A DNA stretch of 63,173 bases, counting the filler, from Candidatus Woesearchaeota archaeon (GTDB lineage Archaea; Nanobdellota; Nanobdellia; Pacearchaeales; UBA284): the NCBI GenBank assembly GCA_964354405.1. It is 27 parts of 27 records of this genome, joined end to end, with 100 filler letters (N's around TTAATTAATTAA, not from the genome) between each part and the next. Parts side by side here need not be neighbours in the genome. Positions count along the whole stretch, not along the records: positions 39,853 to 41,697 come from CAYGZP010000025.1; positions 41,798 to 43,594 come from CAYGZP010000026.1; positions 43,695 to 45,379 come from CAYGZP010000027.1; positions 45,480 to 47,148 come from CAYGZP010000028.1; positions 47,249 to 48,713 come from CAYGZP010000030.1; positions 48,814 to 50,216 come from CAYGZP010000031.1; positions 50,317 to 51,715 come from CAYGZP010000032.1; 20 more parts are not named here. One strand, 5' to 3'. Made by a program: the position numbers and the translations under genes. Below, one piece after another: positions 39,853-50,403 of this stretch. Position 1 is the stretch's first letter; the number at the start of each line of letters is the position of its first letter. Under the pieces are notes generated by a model, which worked only from the letters and a program-made list of their open reading frames with translations, was not told where the DNA came from and did not search any database.

Positions 39853-40304
39853 ACTTCCTGCGCGCTCAAGGAATTATACCTCATATTACCGCAGCAATCG
39901 TACATCTGCGACTCCGGCGGCATCTCGGTCCCGATGTAGAAGAATCGGCTGCCCATCCTCGCGCCGCGATAGTACCCCGCCGGCTGGAGCCCGGACAGGT
40001 CCTTCTTCATGACCGGGTTGTTCTCGGCGTAGATGTACGGGTTCGCGCCGAGCGGGCTCGACGGCGCGGGCAGCTTCTCGTAGCCCATCCGGTCGCGCTG
40101 CAGGAAGCGCCCGTACGCGGGCCAGTAGTGCCGCTCGCCGCAAAGGTAGATCGCGTCCGTGCTCGTCACCGACTTCGCGAAGCACTCGACCCTCGCGCCG
40201 CCGTAGCGGACGTTGTTCTCGGTCGGCGGCAGGTTGGCCGTGTCGGTATGCTCCCCCCACGCGTCGTAATTGTAGTGCTCCATATTCCGCTCGTGATCGG
40301 TCAT
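39853..40304 (-). CDS. Orphan Rhs-associated core module with start of an alternative toxin tip
   Basis: YNYDAWGE, RYGG, RHY.PAYGRFLQRD, NPYIYAENNPV..DLSGL. Confidence 0.85.
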
Positions 40305-40332
40305 GATGATACTGCTCCAAACAAGTGCTGCC

Positions 40333-40719
40333 CTAGCCAGAATCGACGCCTCCCGTTCTCTTTCCTAGAGTCCGTTTTGTAATCAACACGAACGCGCATA
40401 ACAATACGATTATCACCCAAGCGACTGGATCTCGGAAAACCACGACAGCTACTACAATCAAATTCGCAGCCCCAACCTTCTGAGCCATCATAGGCAGCAC
40501 TATTGCCATCGCCAACAGGTTGGCTATTAGTCCGTAGTACACCCATCTCTTTCCAGACAGCGCCGCCACAGATAGAATAATACATAGCATACCTGAGGTA
40601 ATTCCGAAATAGTTGATATCATTTCTTAGACCTAGATACCCGTTAGAAATAATCGTTTGAATGCCAAAAACCATGATAACGATTAGTACGATTTTAAGCG
40701 GCAATGGTATCTTGTTCAT
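40333..40719 (-). CDS. Putative immunity protein (multi-TM membrane protein)
   Basis: Low-GC hydrophobic ORF directly downstream of the Rhs tip. Confidence 0.55.
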   Translation of the reverse strand: MNKIPLPLKIVLIVIMVFGIQTIISNGYLGLRNDINYFGITSGMLCIILSVAALSGKRWVYYGLIANLLAMAIVLPMMAQKVGAANLIVVAVVVFRDPVAWVIIVLLCAFVLITKRTLGKRTGGVDSG

Positions 40720-40769
40720 GGCTAACTCAGCGGCTAGTTGCCGCAGCGATAGTAATCAGTAAGGTAGAA

Positions 40770-41697
40770 TCAAGGCACGGAGACGATCTCTATTTTCTGG
40801 CCACTGTTATATACGTCGATTTTCAAGAACCAGTTGGGGTTATTAGGCAAGTACAGGCCGATCCAATTATCGGCATTGGCCGTGAATCCGCTTCTCCATG
40901 GCGGAACCAACCCCCAATATGTATTGCCTAAATGAGCAGTGTGACCGGCGTACCCATACTGCCAATTGGTTTGATTGTGATTATACCAACGATCATGTGA
41001 AAGCTCATCCCATAACATATCTTGAATTTCTGAGCAGGAAACCCAGGGGCGATATTCAAACAAATTGTATGCAATAGCAGGAAGTGATCCCAAGAAACTC
41101 GAGACATCTAGAAACCTTTGGAGGTTTCCGGTCCGATGAGTATCATCGAAATTCTGATACCATCCATGAAACTTGGGCAATATCACGTCAATGAGGAATG
41201 CGGCGTCGTCCGCGGGCAGCCATATTGCGTTCCCGAAGTCATCAGTGAATTTGACTAGAGTGCTGGGAAAGCCTGCGGACCGAGGATCGCCCTCGAACCC
41301 GAGGTCCTTGGACGGCATCCTAATCGGGCAGCTGCCATCCTTCCATGGCGGGCAACTGAGGTGCTCGCATTGCTCCAGATACGTGCACAGCAGGTCAGGG
41401 CTGGCGGCGGTGATCGCCTTGCAGGTCTCGTTCGGCTGACCCTCCCCGGGTTTCGCCTGGCAGAGGTCGCTACCCCAGCCCGCACGCTTCTGCCACCAGC
41501 TGAACCGGGCCGTTCCCCCGAGCTTTTCGTTCCATACCGGACTCATGGCGACTTCCTGCGCGCTCAATGTATTATACCCCTTATCACAGCAATCGTACAT
41601 CTGCGACTCCGGCGGCATCTCGGTCCCGATGTAGAAGGACCCGCTGCCCATCCTCGCGCCGCGATAGTACCCCGCCGGCTGGAGCCCGGACAGGTCC
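40770..41697 (-). CDS. Rhs protein C-terminus / polymorphic toxin tip (5'-truncated)
   Basis: Frame opens at DLSGLQPAGYY, identical to the orphan core end; GC drops across the tip. Confidence 0.75.
41551..41697. repeat. About 150-bp imperfect direct repeat of 39853-40002
   Basis: ACTTCCTGCGCGCTCAA...GCAATCGTACATCTGCGACTCCGGCGGCATCTCGGTCCCGATGTAGAAG...GGAGCCCGGACAGGTCC present in both. Confidence 0.9.
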
Positions 41698-41967
41698 NNN
41701 NNNNNNNNNNNNNNNNNNNNNNNNNNNNNNNNNNNNNNNNNTTAATTAATTAANNNNNNNNNNNNNNNNNNNNNNNNNNNNNNNNNNNNNNNNNNNNTAT
41801 CATTTGACAAATTATCGGCATTATATTTAATTTGCTGCCGTAAATACTGGTCTAAGTCCCAAATAAGTGATTTATACCTATCTGCATTTATTGCAGTTTC
41901 AAATTCTTTTTGGTCATCACGTAAATCAAATTCTAATATTCCTTTCATATAATGTATGATTTATCAT

Positions 41968-42156
41968 TTATTCGTTGGAAAAAGTGTCATTATGCGTGAT
42001 AAGTAACGCATTAATCTTATCTTTTAATTCTTGGTCAATATCATTGTGCAGAATTCCTTTTAAAGCACCAATACATTCACCAAGCTTTGCAGCATTTTCA
42101 ATATTGCGCTTTTCTAATTTCTTTAATCTTGCTTGAAGTTCTTCTAAGGTATCCAT
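41968..42156 (-). CDS. Small coiled-coil hypothetical phage protein
   Basis: TAATG-coupled to the upstream gene. Confidence 0.5.
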   Translation of the reverse strand: MDTLEELQARLKKLEKRNIENAAKLGECIGALKGILHNDIDQELKDKINALLITHNDTFSNE

Positions 42157-43460
42157 TAAAATCCAATTACACTTGCTAATAATCCACCATTAACACTTAC
42201 AGATTGCACACGTGTAGTAGTTTCGCAATCGCATATTCTTGACAATGTTACATTATGTGTTCCATTTGGCAAATTAACCACAGCATTAACGCCAACAGCA
42301 ACACCAAAACTTCCAGACCACCTATATGTGCAAGCTTCAAAACAAGTCCTTGAAATGGCAGTTAAATTTGCAGAACCGCAAGTAGAAGTATAAGTAAATG
42401 GCAGCATTGCGGGACGGGTATAAGGCATTGATATATTTTGCAGTCCAAACATTGAATTACGCGGTAAAGCCACAGCATTAGCCACAAATCCACAGCCTAT
42501 TCCCTGAACTAATGGATTATTAATTCTTGCTAAAAATTGATTGATACCACGTGAAATATAAATTCTCCCATCATTAGCATACCATCCAGTACCCATTGAA
42601 GCAACAACTTCTGGTGTTTGGCCAACAACAACAGAAGCACCTGAACAAACATTCACCTGGTTAACTTGTCCCCCGTTTGAAAATACGTATAACAAGTTTT
42701 CAGCCCATTTTGAATCATAAGCCCCACCAAATAAATAAGTGGCTATAAATTGAACCGATCCTGTAACCTTATTAAATCTATAACTTTCAACCCTTCCATT
42801 TCCATAATAAGTAACACTTAATCTATTCCCATCAGGATGAAAGGCAAGCGTTCCAATTGCATCTGTTGCTGTTGTTCCACCTGCGTAACCTGCAGAAGAA
42901 ATTACTGCAGCACCAACACCACTTGCAGTTAACGGGTAAGAATAAAAGTTTGCAGATTGCCAACGTTTTGTAACTATCCAAACTGTGTCCTCGCTGCATG
43001 TTGTTACAGCTGACAAACATTCACGCATATTAAATGCAGCATTTAACACCACGTTTTTAACTGCAGTTACTCCACCAAGTCCCGCATTCAAATTCATATC
43101 AATTATAGAATAGTACAATGGTCCAAGTCCTGAATTGGTAAGTGTAAAAATATAAAGGATGTTTGGAACGTTTGGTTGCTGCACAATTAATGCAGATTGC
43201 GCTGTTGAATTTGTACCAGTTAGACCTGCACCATTTGACATTACAAGATCATTTCTGTTATAAACGTTTATTCCATCCGAATAAGCGCGTATAAGACCAG
43301 TATTGTCAGATAAACAACTTGTACCTTCATTGTGATTAACGCTACTTAAATTCGAAGTTATAGGAGGTGCAAATTTCATATTTCTTCCAAAAACCCAATT
43401 CTGATTTTGCGAATTGCAAAGGCAAGGAAAAAAAAGTAAGAGTGTGATTAGTTTTTGCAT
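42156..43460 (-). CDS. Secreted beta-propeller protein with C-terminal Ig/PKD-like domain (Bacteroidota type)
   Basis: Signal peptide; NW.FG, EG.....D..G....YSDG..VYN, STAQSALIV, LYYSIIDM.LN.GLGGV. Confidence 0.7.
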   Translation of the reverse strand: MQKLITLLLFFPCLCNSQNQNWVFGRNMKFAPPITSNLSSVNHNEGTSCLSDNTGLIRAYSDGINVYNRNDLVMSNGAGLTGTNSTAQSALIVQQPNVPNILYIFTLTNSGLGPLYYSIIDMNLNAGLGGVTAVKNVVLNAAFNMRECLSAVTTCSEDTVWIVTKRWQSANFYSYPLTASGVGAAVISSAGYAGGTTATDAIGTLAFHPDGNRLSVTYYGNGRVESYRFNKVTGSVQFIATYLFGGAYDSKWAENLLYVFSNGGQVNQVNVCSGASVVVGQTPEVVASMGTGWYANDGRIYISRGINQFLARINNPLVQGIGCGFVANAVALPRNSMFGLQNISMPYTRPAMLPFTYTSTCGSANLTAISRTCFEACTYRWSGSFGVAVGVNAVVNLPNGTHNVTLSRICDCETTTRVQSVSVNGGLLASVIGF

Positions 43461-43728
43461 AGTAAATTTTAATTATATCAATTTGTCAAGTTTATTATTC
43501 AGAAAACTTGACTTCTAAAACCCAAGTATTCCACCATTGGGACTTGGTAAACCAACAACAATATCTGTTACACTTCCCGCGCATCCATTCGCACNNNNNN
43601 NNNNNNNNNNNNNNNNNNNNNNNNNNNNNNNNNNNNNNTTAATTAATTAANNNNNNNNNNNNNNNNNNNNNNNNNNNNNNNNNNNNNNNNNNNNTTTGGT
43701 GGGTCAAAGTCTCAGTTGTGCCCGGTCC

Positions 43729-44808
43729 TTACAGCGGGCGATCTTGCTGCACCAACAGAGAACAGGTTGCGCCCGCAATACCTTGCGTGAGCAGCAGCTT
43801 GATTTTCCGATAGGCTGCCGCATTGAGCCAGGAAGCCGGGTCGTCAGGAACACCGAACCCGAAACCCAAAACACTGTGTGGCAAAGATCCATAGGTAAGG
43901 ATCTCGCAAGGAATGTTAGCGATCAGCACACCAGCATCAGTTGCGCCATGGGGTGCAGCCCAGTTAGAACCGGAGCACCATGCACAGATGAAACGGGTAC
44001 CATCAGCACGCGCCACACTAGCACCCATTGTATTCCCGATACAAACATCTTTTGTCTGCGCGTTGTTGGCGTTGACGTGGACCCGTGTGCGGCAATACCC
44101 AAAAGCCTGTTCGATGTCCTCAATGCAATCCCATCCGGATCGGTCAAAGGCAATAAACTTGCCCTCATCACAGTCCAGACGGTACCAGTTGATGATCGCC
44201 GCCGGTGCGGTCAAAGCCAACCACGGAGCCACATACAACCGCCGGATCACAAGGTCGGTCGGAAGCTCGGTTACGTCGATCCCCGCTGCAACCGTCACGA
44301 AATCACGCACGTCCGTAGTAAACAGACAGGACGACGCGCCAGGTACACCTTCCATGATCTTTGCCCGGATTCCCAAGGTCAGGGACCCGGCAAGGTGCAA
44401 GGGGTCCGCGGCCCATGTCACGCGGATCTGCGGGTTTCGGAGCTTGGTCGGGTCAAAGTTCCGCAAAGGGTCGCCAAGGTATCGACCGAACCGCATGGGG
44501 AAGGTAAAGTTCTGTCCCGCGTTTGCCGCTTCGTCCATCCAGTGCGGAGGATACCGCCCCGTGTTGTAGAAAAAGTCTGCGGCAAGCTGTGGTCCACTCA
44601 GGCTTGAGTACACGGTGCCACCGTCCACCAGCTCGATCCTCTGGACGATCCGAGGAATGAGCTGCCCGTTCAGAGCAGCGCCGCCGTTGGTCAAGGCCAT
44701 CACGACGGAGAGCTCAGTCAGCGGGGAAGTCACATCCAGGTCGATCGTAGCCGTCCCCGTATTGACGACGGCCATAACAGGCTGAACGTTAACATCTCTG
44801 TACTGCAT
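43729..44808 (-). CDS. Double jelly-roll major capsid protein (small prokaryotic DJR virus)
   Basis: 359 aa in two beta-rich halves (TIDLDVTSPLTEL / VTELPTDLVIRRL); RIELVDG...SLSG, FGRYLGD...DP....NPQIRVTW. Confidence 0.7.
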   Translation of the reverse strand: MQYRDVNVQPVMAVVNTGTATIDLDVTSPLTELSVVMALTNGGAALNGQLIPRIVQRIELVDGGTVYSSLSGPQLAADFFYNTGRYPPHWMDEAANAGQNFTFPMRFGRYLGDPLRNFDPTKLRNPQIRVTWAADPLHLAGSLTLGIRAKIMEGVPGASSCLFTTDVRDFVTVAAGIDVTELPTDLVIRRLYVAPWLALTAPAAIINWYRLDCDEGKFIAFDRSGWDCIEDIEQAFGYCRTRVHVNANNAQTKDVCIGNTMGASVARADGTRFICAWCSGSNWAAPHGATDAGVLIANIPCEILTYGSLPHSVLGFGFGVPDDPASWLNAAAYRKIKLLLTQGIAGATCSLLVQQDRPL

Positions 44809-44839
44809 AGCTCTAGTCCTCCAACCCTACGAAGCGGGG

Positions 44840-45271
44840 TTATCGCTTGAACTCGAACTTTGCCATACCCCGAACCCATGTCGTCATCCGGGAAACGGAG
44901 TCCTCGAGAGTCAGATCCGGCAGCTTGGAAACCTCAGCCTGGAGAGTCGCCTCATGCGACAAAAGCTGGGTCGCAAAGGCTTGCACCTTCCCCGCCGAAC
45001 CGTCCACACCCGCAGCGACCCGGTTGAGACCCTTCTCCAGCATAGACTTTTTCCACTCTTCCAGCGTCACCGCGCCGACACGCCGCGCCCAGGTGCCGTC
45101 GTCCAAGCTTCGGACAATCCCGGCGCGCATCTTATCCAGCTTCTTGGCAGCCGCAGCGCCAGGAGCCGAAGTAACACCCTCAACCCCGCGCCGCATATCC
45201 TCCAGCGCGCCCTTCAAGCGCCGACTGTGCTTCTCCACAAACTGCTCAGGGGTGATCGTGATCCTTGCCAT
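44840..45271 (-). CDS. Basic all-helical virion/nucleoprotein candidate
   Basis: 143 aa, Ala/Lys/Arg-rich amphipathic helices; first gene of the operon; AGGAGG ribosome-binding site. Confidence 0.6.
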   Translation of the reverse strand: MARITITPEQFVEKHSRRLKGALEDMRRGVEGVTSAPGAAAAKKLDKMRAGIVRSLDDGTWARRVGAVTLEEWKKSMLEKGLNRVAAGVDGSAGKVQAFATQLLSHEATLQAEVSKLPDLTLEDSVSRMTTWVRGMAKFEFKR

Positions 45272-45325
45272 TTTGTCTTCCTCCTAGAGTACATGAATGA
45301 GATTGAGCCAACACCGACTATCCCC

Positions 45326-45354
45326 ATGGTACACCTTTTCTTACCCGCTGTCAA
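45326..45354 (-). promoter_or_regulatory. sigma70-type promoter TTGACA-N17-TACCAT
   Basis: Perfect -35, 17-nt spacer, 4/6 -10; about 55 nt upstream of the 45271 start. Confidence 0.7.
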
Positions 45355-45479
45355 GTAAGTGAAATCTCTTATACCAAACNNNNNNNNNNNNNNNNNNNNN
45401 NNNNNNNNNNNNNNNNNNNNNNNTTAATTAATTAANNNNNNNNNNNNNNNNNNNNNNNNNNNNNNNNNNNNNNNNNNNN

Positions 45480-47148
45480 GGTTCATCTCTCGAACAAGGT
45501 AATGATTTATTGAGTATGGATACCTTAAACTCAACTCTTTTGGGTATGGGCTTTGGTTTAGCTGGAAAAGTTATTGGTAAACCAATCTTAGACGCTACTG
45601 GAAAAGTTGTTGGTAAAGTAACCCCTCAAATCCTAAAAGATGTTACTTCAAAAGGTCAGGCGGCTGTAGCTGATTTTATGGCGAAGAATAAACTAATAGA
45701 AGGAAGAGCTATCCCTGGAACTAATATGAAAGTCCCCGCTGTTAGTAGTGCAATAACAAAAGGAGCTGAAGCTTTTGATACAGGAATAAATAAAAAAGCT
45801 AGTTCCTTGTGGCAAGGTGCTAAAAACATTAGAGATTCCCAATACCCTAATTTGTCTGATAAAGCTCGGGAACAACATTTTGAACAAATCGAAACTGATA
45901 AACTAATAGCACCAGGTAGAGATAATCATAAATCATTCAAATCATCAACTGACGTTTTAAATGAATCAAAAAGAAGGGGAATAGACCTTGAAAAGAGAGT
46001 AAAAGATACAAAAATTTATGACGATGTAGTTATCGATGACACTGGACATTTTGATACGTTAGATGCTCAAGCCGGTCTTTTGGATGATACTCTAAGTCAT
46101 ACTGACGAAGTACTTATGCCCGCTTTTGAGGCAGTTGAACCTGGTGTTCCTTTGGTTAGAAGTAATGAAGTTCTACAAGCACAATTAAATAGAGCAAATA
46201 GTTCAGATATGCTCCCAGAAGATAAAGCTAATTTTATAAAAAAGCTTTGGCTTAGATATGGACCAGACAGTGCTGAAGCTGCTGCTTATAGACAAGGTTA
46301 CAAGTTGAGTGATTTATACAAATCTAAAACAGCTAGAACTAAAGGTGTTTATAAAAAACCTAAAGCTGGAGGTGAAACTACCATTTCAGATAAGTTAAGC
46401 ATCCAAGAAAAAGAATTGGAGTCAAAGGCTTTTAATGATTTATTGAGACAAAGAACTCCAGAGGGTGTTGGACTAGATGACTACTTTAAAGCCCAAGAAA
46501 GTAACTACCAATTGGTAGAATATCTTAAAACTTTACACACAAAAATGGCTCCTAAAGGTAAGTTCGCTAAAGCGATGGGTATAGCCGGACAAGTTACCGG
46601 TGGATTACTTGGTTTGAAGATGGGCGGTCCATTTGGTATTTTTCCTGGTAGACAGTTCGGAGGTATCTTAGGTAATACTATTATGAATTTACCTAATCCT
46701 CTAAAGGTTGCTGCTCTAAAAAGAATTCCAGTAAAGACTCCCGAGATTTATGCTGCAATTGAGAAGTTTACTAAAGAAATGAAAGAGGCGGCAAGCTCTA
46801 GGTTTCAGATTAGTGCAGGACCATCAGCAGCTGAAAAGATAAAGACGACTGGAGTTAATACTCTTACCCCTAATCCAGAACCTATTCCTTTACAATACCC
46901 ATATCGAGAAACAACTAGCGGTGAGAGAATAGTTAATGACTATACACAGAATTCACGAAGGTTATTTAATACCCCTCAATTACCAGCCGGTAATAACGCC
47001 ATTCGTATGCCAAGTAATGGAACCCCAAATGTTGTTGGTGCTCCCTATGCTCCGGGTGGAAATCAAGGACCTGTTGGCGGTATAAGTCAGAGATTTTCTG
47101 ACGCCTATGACCGCTCTGTTGCAGAATGGAAAGCTAGCGGAACTAAAC
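45480..47148 (+). CDS. Phage internal virion/ejection-type protein (partial at both ends)
   Basis: Long helical ORF with glycine zipper GGLLGLKMGGPFG. Confidence 0.5.
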
Positions 47149-47248
47149 NNNNNNNNNNNNNNNNNNNNNNNNNNNNNNNNNNNNNNNNNNNNTTAATTAA
47201 TTAANNNNNNNNNNNNNNNNNNNNNNNNNNNNNNNNNNNNNNNNNNNN

Positions 47249-47911
47249 GCATATCAAAAGAACGTCGCAGCAGATCGCCGGCTTGAAGAAGCGGCAAGAA
47301 TCCTGCGGCAAGCCGAGGAGATTGCGCAGCAACACGCTGCAGCACCCACGGACACACCGAATACCGGAATCACTCCGGAAGATCTGAAATCCCAAGCCGC
47401 CGACGTACTGAGCAAACTTTACGACGGCGACCAGGATGCAGCAACGGAAGCACTAGCGCAGTTGATCACGAAGGCAAAGGGCGGTGACCAGCCTACCCCG
47501 CAGCCTGCAGTGGCTCAAATTGACGACGAGGCGCTTACCGGAAAAGTCCTGGAGCGCATTGCGCTCAACGATGCCATGAGCAAAGTCAGGACGGACTATC
47601 CCGACATCATCAATGACCCTGATCTTGAGTTGTTGGCGACTATCAAGGTGAACCGCCTTGTTGAGCAGGGTTCGCCCCGCTCGAAGGCCATCCTTGAAGT
47701 TTCCGAAGCAATGTACAAGAGCATGGGCAAGGGACGCCCGCCGACAGATCGTGCAGCAAGCATTCGCCAGGAAAACAAAGCGCGTCTGGATAACATCCCG
47801 ACTGCATCAACTGTTGCCGCCCCGAGCGGATCGCCGCAGGAGAATTCCTCTCCGTCGTCGGTCATCGCCGAGATGGCAAGGAAACGATTGGGCCAATCGC
47901 TGGCCCTCTAG
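47249..47911 (+). CDS. Phage scaffolding protein (C-terminal part)
   Basis: YQKNVAADRRLEEA; Ala/Pro-rich; C-terminal MARKRLGQ; directly upstream of the MCP. Confidence 0.65.
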   Translation, partial: AYQKNVAADRRLEEAARILRQAEEIAQQHAAAPTDTPNTGITPEDLKSQAADVLSKLYDGDQDAATEALAQLITKAKGGDQPTPQPAVAQIDDEALTGKVLERIALNDAMSKVRTDYPDIINDPDLELLATIKVNRLVEQGSPRSKAILEVSEAMYKSMGKGRPPTDRAASIRQENKARLDNIPTASTVAAPSGSPQENSSPSSVIAEMARKRLGQSLAL

Positions 47912-47928
47912 CCAATTAGGAGAAAATC

Positions 47929-48713
47929 ATGGCTGGTCAAATTTGGGTTACTAATTCGCTTGGTGGCTATATGTACTCGGACCAACTGTCCAAGGTGCTG
48001 CGCCACGCTGTTCAACCTCTGTGCAAATTCCGCCAGTTCGCCGACGTGAAAGATGCCGCCGTCCAAGGCAAGGGCAAGGGCGACACCTTCCACTGGAACG
48101 TCTATTCGGACATCGCGTCGCAAGGAACGGTCCTGACGGAAACCTCCGTGATGCCGGAATCGAACTTCACGATCACCCAGGGTACGATGTCGATCACCGA
48201 GTTCGGCAACAGCGTCCCCTACACCGGCAAGCTGGACGACCTGTCCGAGCATCCAGTAAAGGAAGTCATCAACAAAGTCCTGAAGAACGACGCGATGAAG
48301 GCATTCGACATTGCCGCCGCCGCAGAATTCAACAAGACCCCGCTGCGCGTCGTCGCAACCTCGACCCACACCACGTCCGTCGCCCTGACGACCAACGGCA
48401 CGGCTACAGCTACCAACGGTATCGAACTTGGCAAGGATCACGTCAAGGCGATTGTCGACCTGATGAAGGAGCGCAACATTCCTCCGTATCAGATGGACGA
48501 CTACATCTCGGTTGCCCACCCGTCGACGTACCGCAAGCTGAAGAACGACCTTGAATCCGTGAAGCAATACACCACGGAAGGCTTCGGCATGATCCTGAAC
48601 GGCGAAATCGGCAGGTATGAGAATACCCGCTTCGTCGAGCAGAACAACATCGCCAAGGGCACGTTCGCCGGCGGCAAATCCAACTGGGCCTACTTCTTCG
48701 GCGGCGATACCGT
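47929..48713 (+). CDS. HK97-fold major capsid protein (N4-gp56-like), 3'-truncated
   Basis: KFRQFADVKD...GKGDT, ITEFGNSVPYTGKL, VAHP, NGEIGRYEN.RFVE. Confidence 0.85.
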
Positions 48714-48813
48714 NNNNNNNNNNNNNNNNNNNNNNNNNNNNNNNNNNNNNNNNNNNNTTAATTAATTAANNNNNNNNNNNNNNNNNNNNNNNNNNNNNNN
48801 NNNNNNNNNNNNN

Positions 48814-48991
48814 TTACCCGAAGGTTAGAACGGCTATTGTTGTTTGGATTGCCATCTTTGTGATCAACGTGCATTCCGTCACCCTTACTAACCACACCAC
48901 GGTCAGACAACTCGCGCCTTGCAGCATTACGCAGTGCGCGTTCTTGCTTCATCCGCTTACTGCTGTGGTATTTCTCGTAGTCAGAGTTCAT
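48814..48991 (-). CDS. HNH endonuclease-like phage protein
   Basis: RA.RNAARR....G.V.KGDG.HVDHKDGNP.NN..SNLRV. Confidence 0.75.
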
Positions 48992-49869
48992 TACTGAAGA
49001 AGGTTGTACATCACACCAACGCACTTAGCCTTGCCGTTTCCGGTTGTTGCTGTAGTGGGCGCAACATATTTTGTGTTGTCTGGAAGATATCCATACGAAG
49101 CAATTGGAACACACAACAAATATTGGCAACCACCAAGATTGTTAATGTAAATTTCTCCGGCATTATTTGTTTGAGCCGCACCTAATGAGGGTGAATAAGT
49201 TGGGCAAAGCGCAGCGTCGGAGTAAATATCTGCGCCGGGCAATCCGGTTGCAGAAACAATGTTATGCGGCTGCAAACTTGAATACGAACCAAGCACACCA
49301 GCAAATGTATTTCCAATGTATCCATATGCGGGGTTTGAACTTGTTGGGCTAGTTGGAGCAATTTCTCGCAAAGAACCAACAGAACCGTGTCCCTGAACTA
49401 ATCGAACTGCATTTGCTAAACGAACCCACGGTTTTCCATACACATTTACAAAATCTGTATGGGTTGTACTTGATCCCGTTGGAACACTTGAAGTTACTGG
49501 CCACGTTGTCATTAGCGTGCAATAATTTGATGCCATCCACAATGCGCTTGTTTGATCTGGTTCTACATCAGAATCAATTAAGAAAATGTGCCAAGCAACT
49601 GGATACGCTAAATTATTTCCACTTCCGGAAGCAGCAGTTCCGTCTACAGACACCATTGGAAAACGCAAGCGAATTGAGTTATATCCGTGTACGTTAATTG
49701 CATACGTTGCTTGCGGTTCATCAGTAATTTGTCCCTTCCAACTTAAATTCGGTTGGTTAGTAACAATGCCTGATTTGTCATTTGTAAACGTGCCGTCTCC
49801 AAGTGCGGTAGTAGGTGAAGTTCCGGTGTACCACCCATTAAATTTCCACCCAGTGCTATATCCATTCAT
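48991..49869 (-). CDS. Hypothetical phage structural protein (Thr/Ser/Gly-rich)
   Basis: 292-aa ORF, TAATG-coupled to the HNH gene. Confidence 0.55.
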   Translation of the reverse strand: MNGYSTGWKFNGWYTGTSPTTALGDGTFTNDKSGIVTNQPNLSWKGQITDEPQATYAINVHGYNSIRLRFPMVSVDGTAASGSGNNLAYPVAWHIFLIDSDVEPDQTSALWMASNYCTLMTTWPVTSSVPTGSSTTHTDFVNVYGKPWVRLANAVRLVQGHGSVGSLREIAPTSPTSSNPAYGYIGNTFAGVLGSYSSLQPHNIVSATGLPGADIYSDAALCPTYSPSLGAAQTNNAGEIYINNLGGCQYLLCVPIASYGYLPDNTKYVAPTTATTGNGKAKCVGVMYNLLQ

Positions 49870-49901
49870 AGTGTGTCTTTCTTATTAGATGGCAACTTAA
49901 A

Positions 49902-50075
49902 TTATGGGCTTACTCCCCCACCTTTGCCTTTGCCGCCACCACCCGGAATTGTTGCTCCAGTTGCCTTTTTAACAGCAGACCTTGCATTTGTAATTGCCTT
50001 GCGAATTGCATTGCTTGCTGACGATTTTGCTTGCGATGATGCTGCTGAACGCGAGCCAGACATTGAATTTTTCAT
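49902..50075 (-). CDS. 57-aa Ser/Ala/Lys/Gly-rich basic peptide
   Basis: Translated by hand: MKNSMSGSRSAASS...GGGGKGKGGGVSP; AAGGA upstream. Confidence 0.45.
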   Translation of the reverse strand: MKNSMSGSRSAASSQAKSSASNAIRKAITNARSAVKKATGATIPGGGGKGKGGGVSP

Positions 50076-50403
50076 AGTGTTTCCTTGTAGTGTGGTGAAT
50101 GTGTCTTAGATCAGTTTACAAACAAAGCAAATTTAATAGCCTTTTGCCTTGCTGATTTTCTTGCCGGTCTTCTTCGCTTCAGACTGAGCAGCAGCCTTGC
50201 CCTTAGCGGTGTACGGNNNNNNNNNNNNNNNNNNNNNNNNNNNNNNNNNNNNNNNNNNNNTTAATTAATTAANNNNNNNNNNNNNNNNNNNNNNNNNNNN
50301 NNNNNNNNNNNNNNNNTATATGAGTTTTTAAGGTCAAAGTTGATTTGGCTATGGTATTATTTAATTAAAAAGTTAACAAAATAAATATTAAAACCTACAA
50401 ATA

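Noticed and set aside
39853..41697. 150-bp repeat pair as DGR template/variable repeats
   Set aside because: Differences are not adenine-specific and include an indel; no RT; the Rhs core context explains the repeat.
43696..45287. Plus-strand ORFs 43696-44607, 43913-44569 and 44847-45287
   Set aside because: Antisense to the capsid operon, which has the promoter, RBSs and sensible protein patterns.
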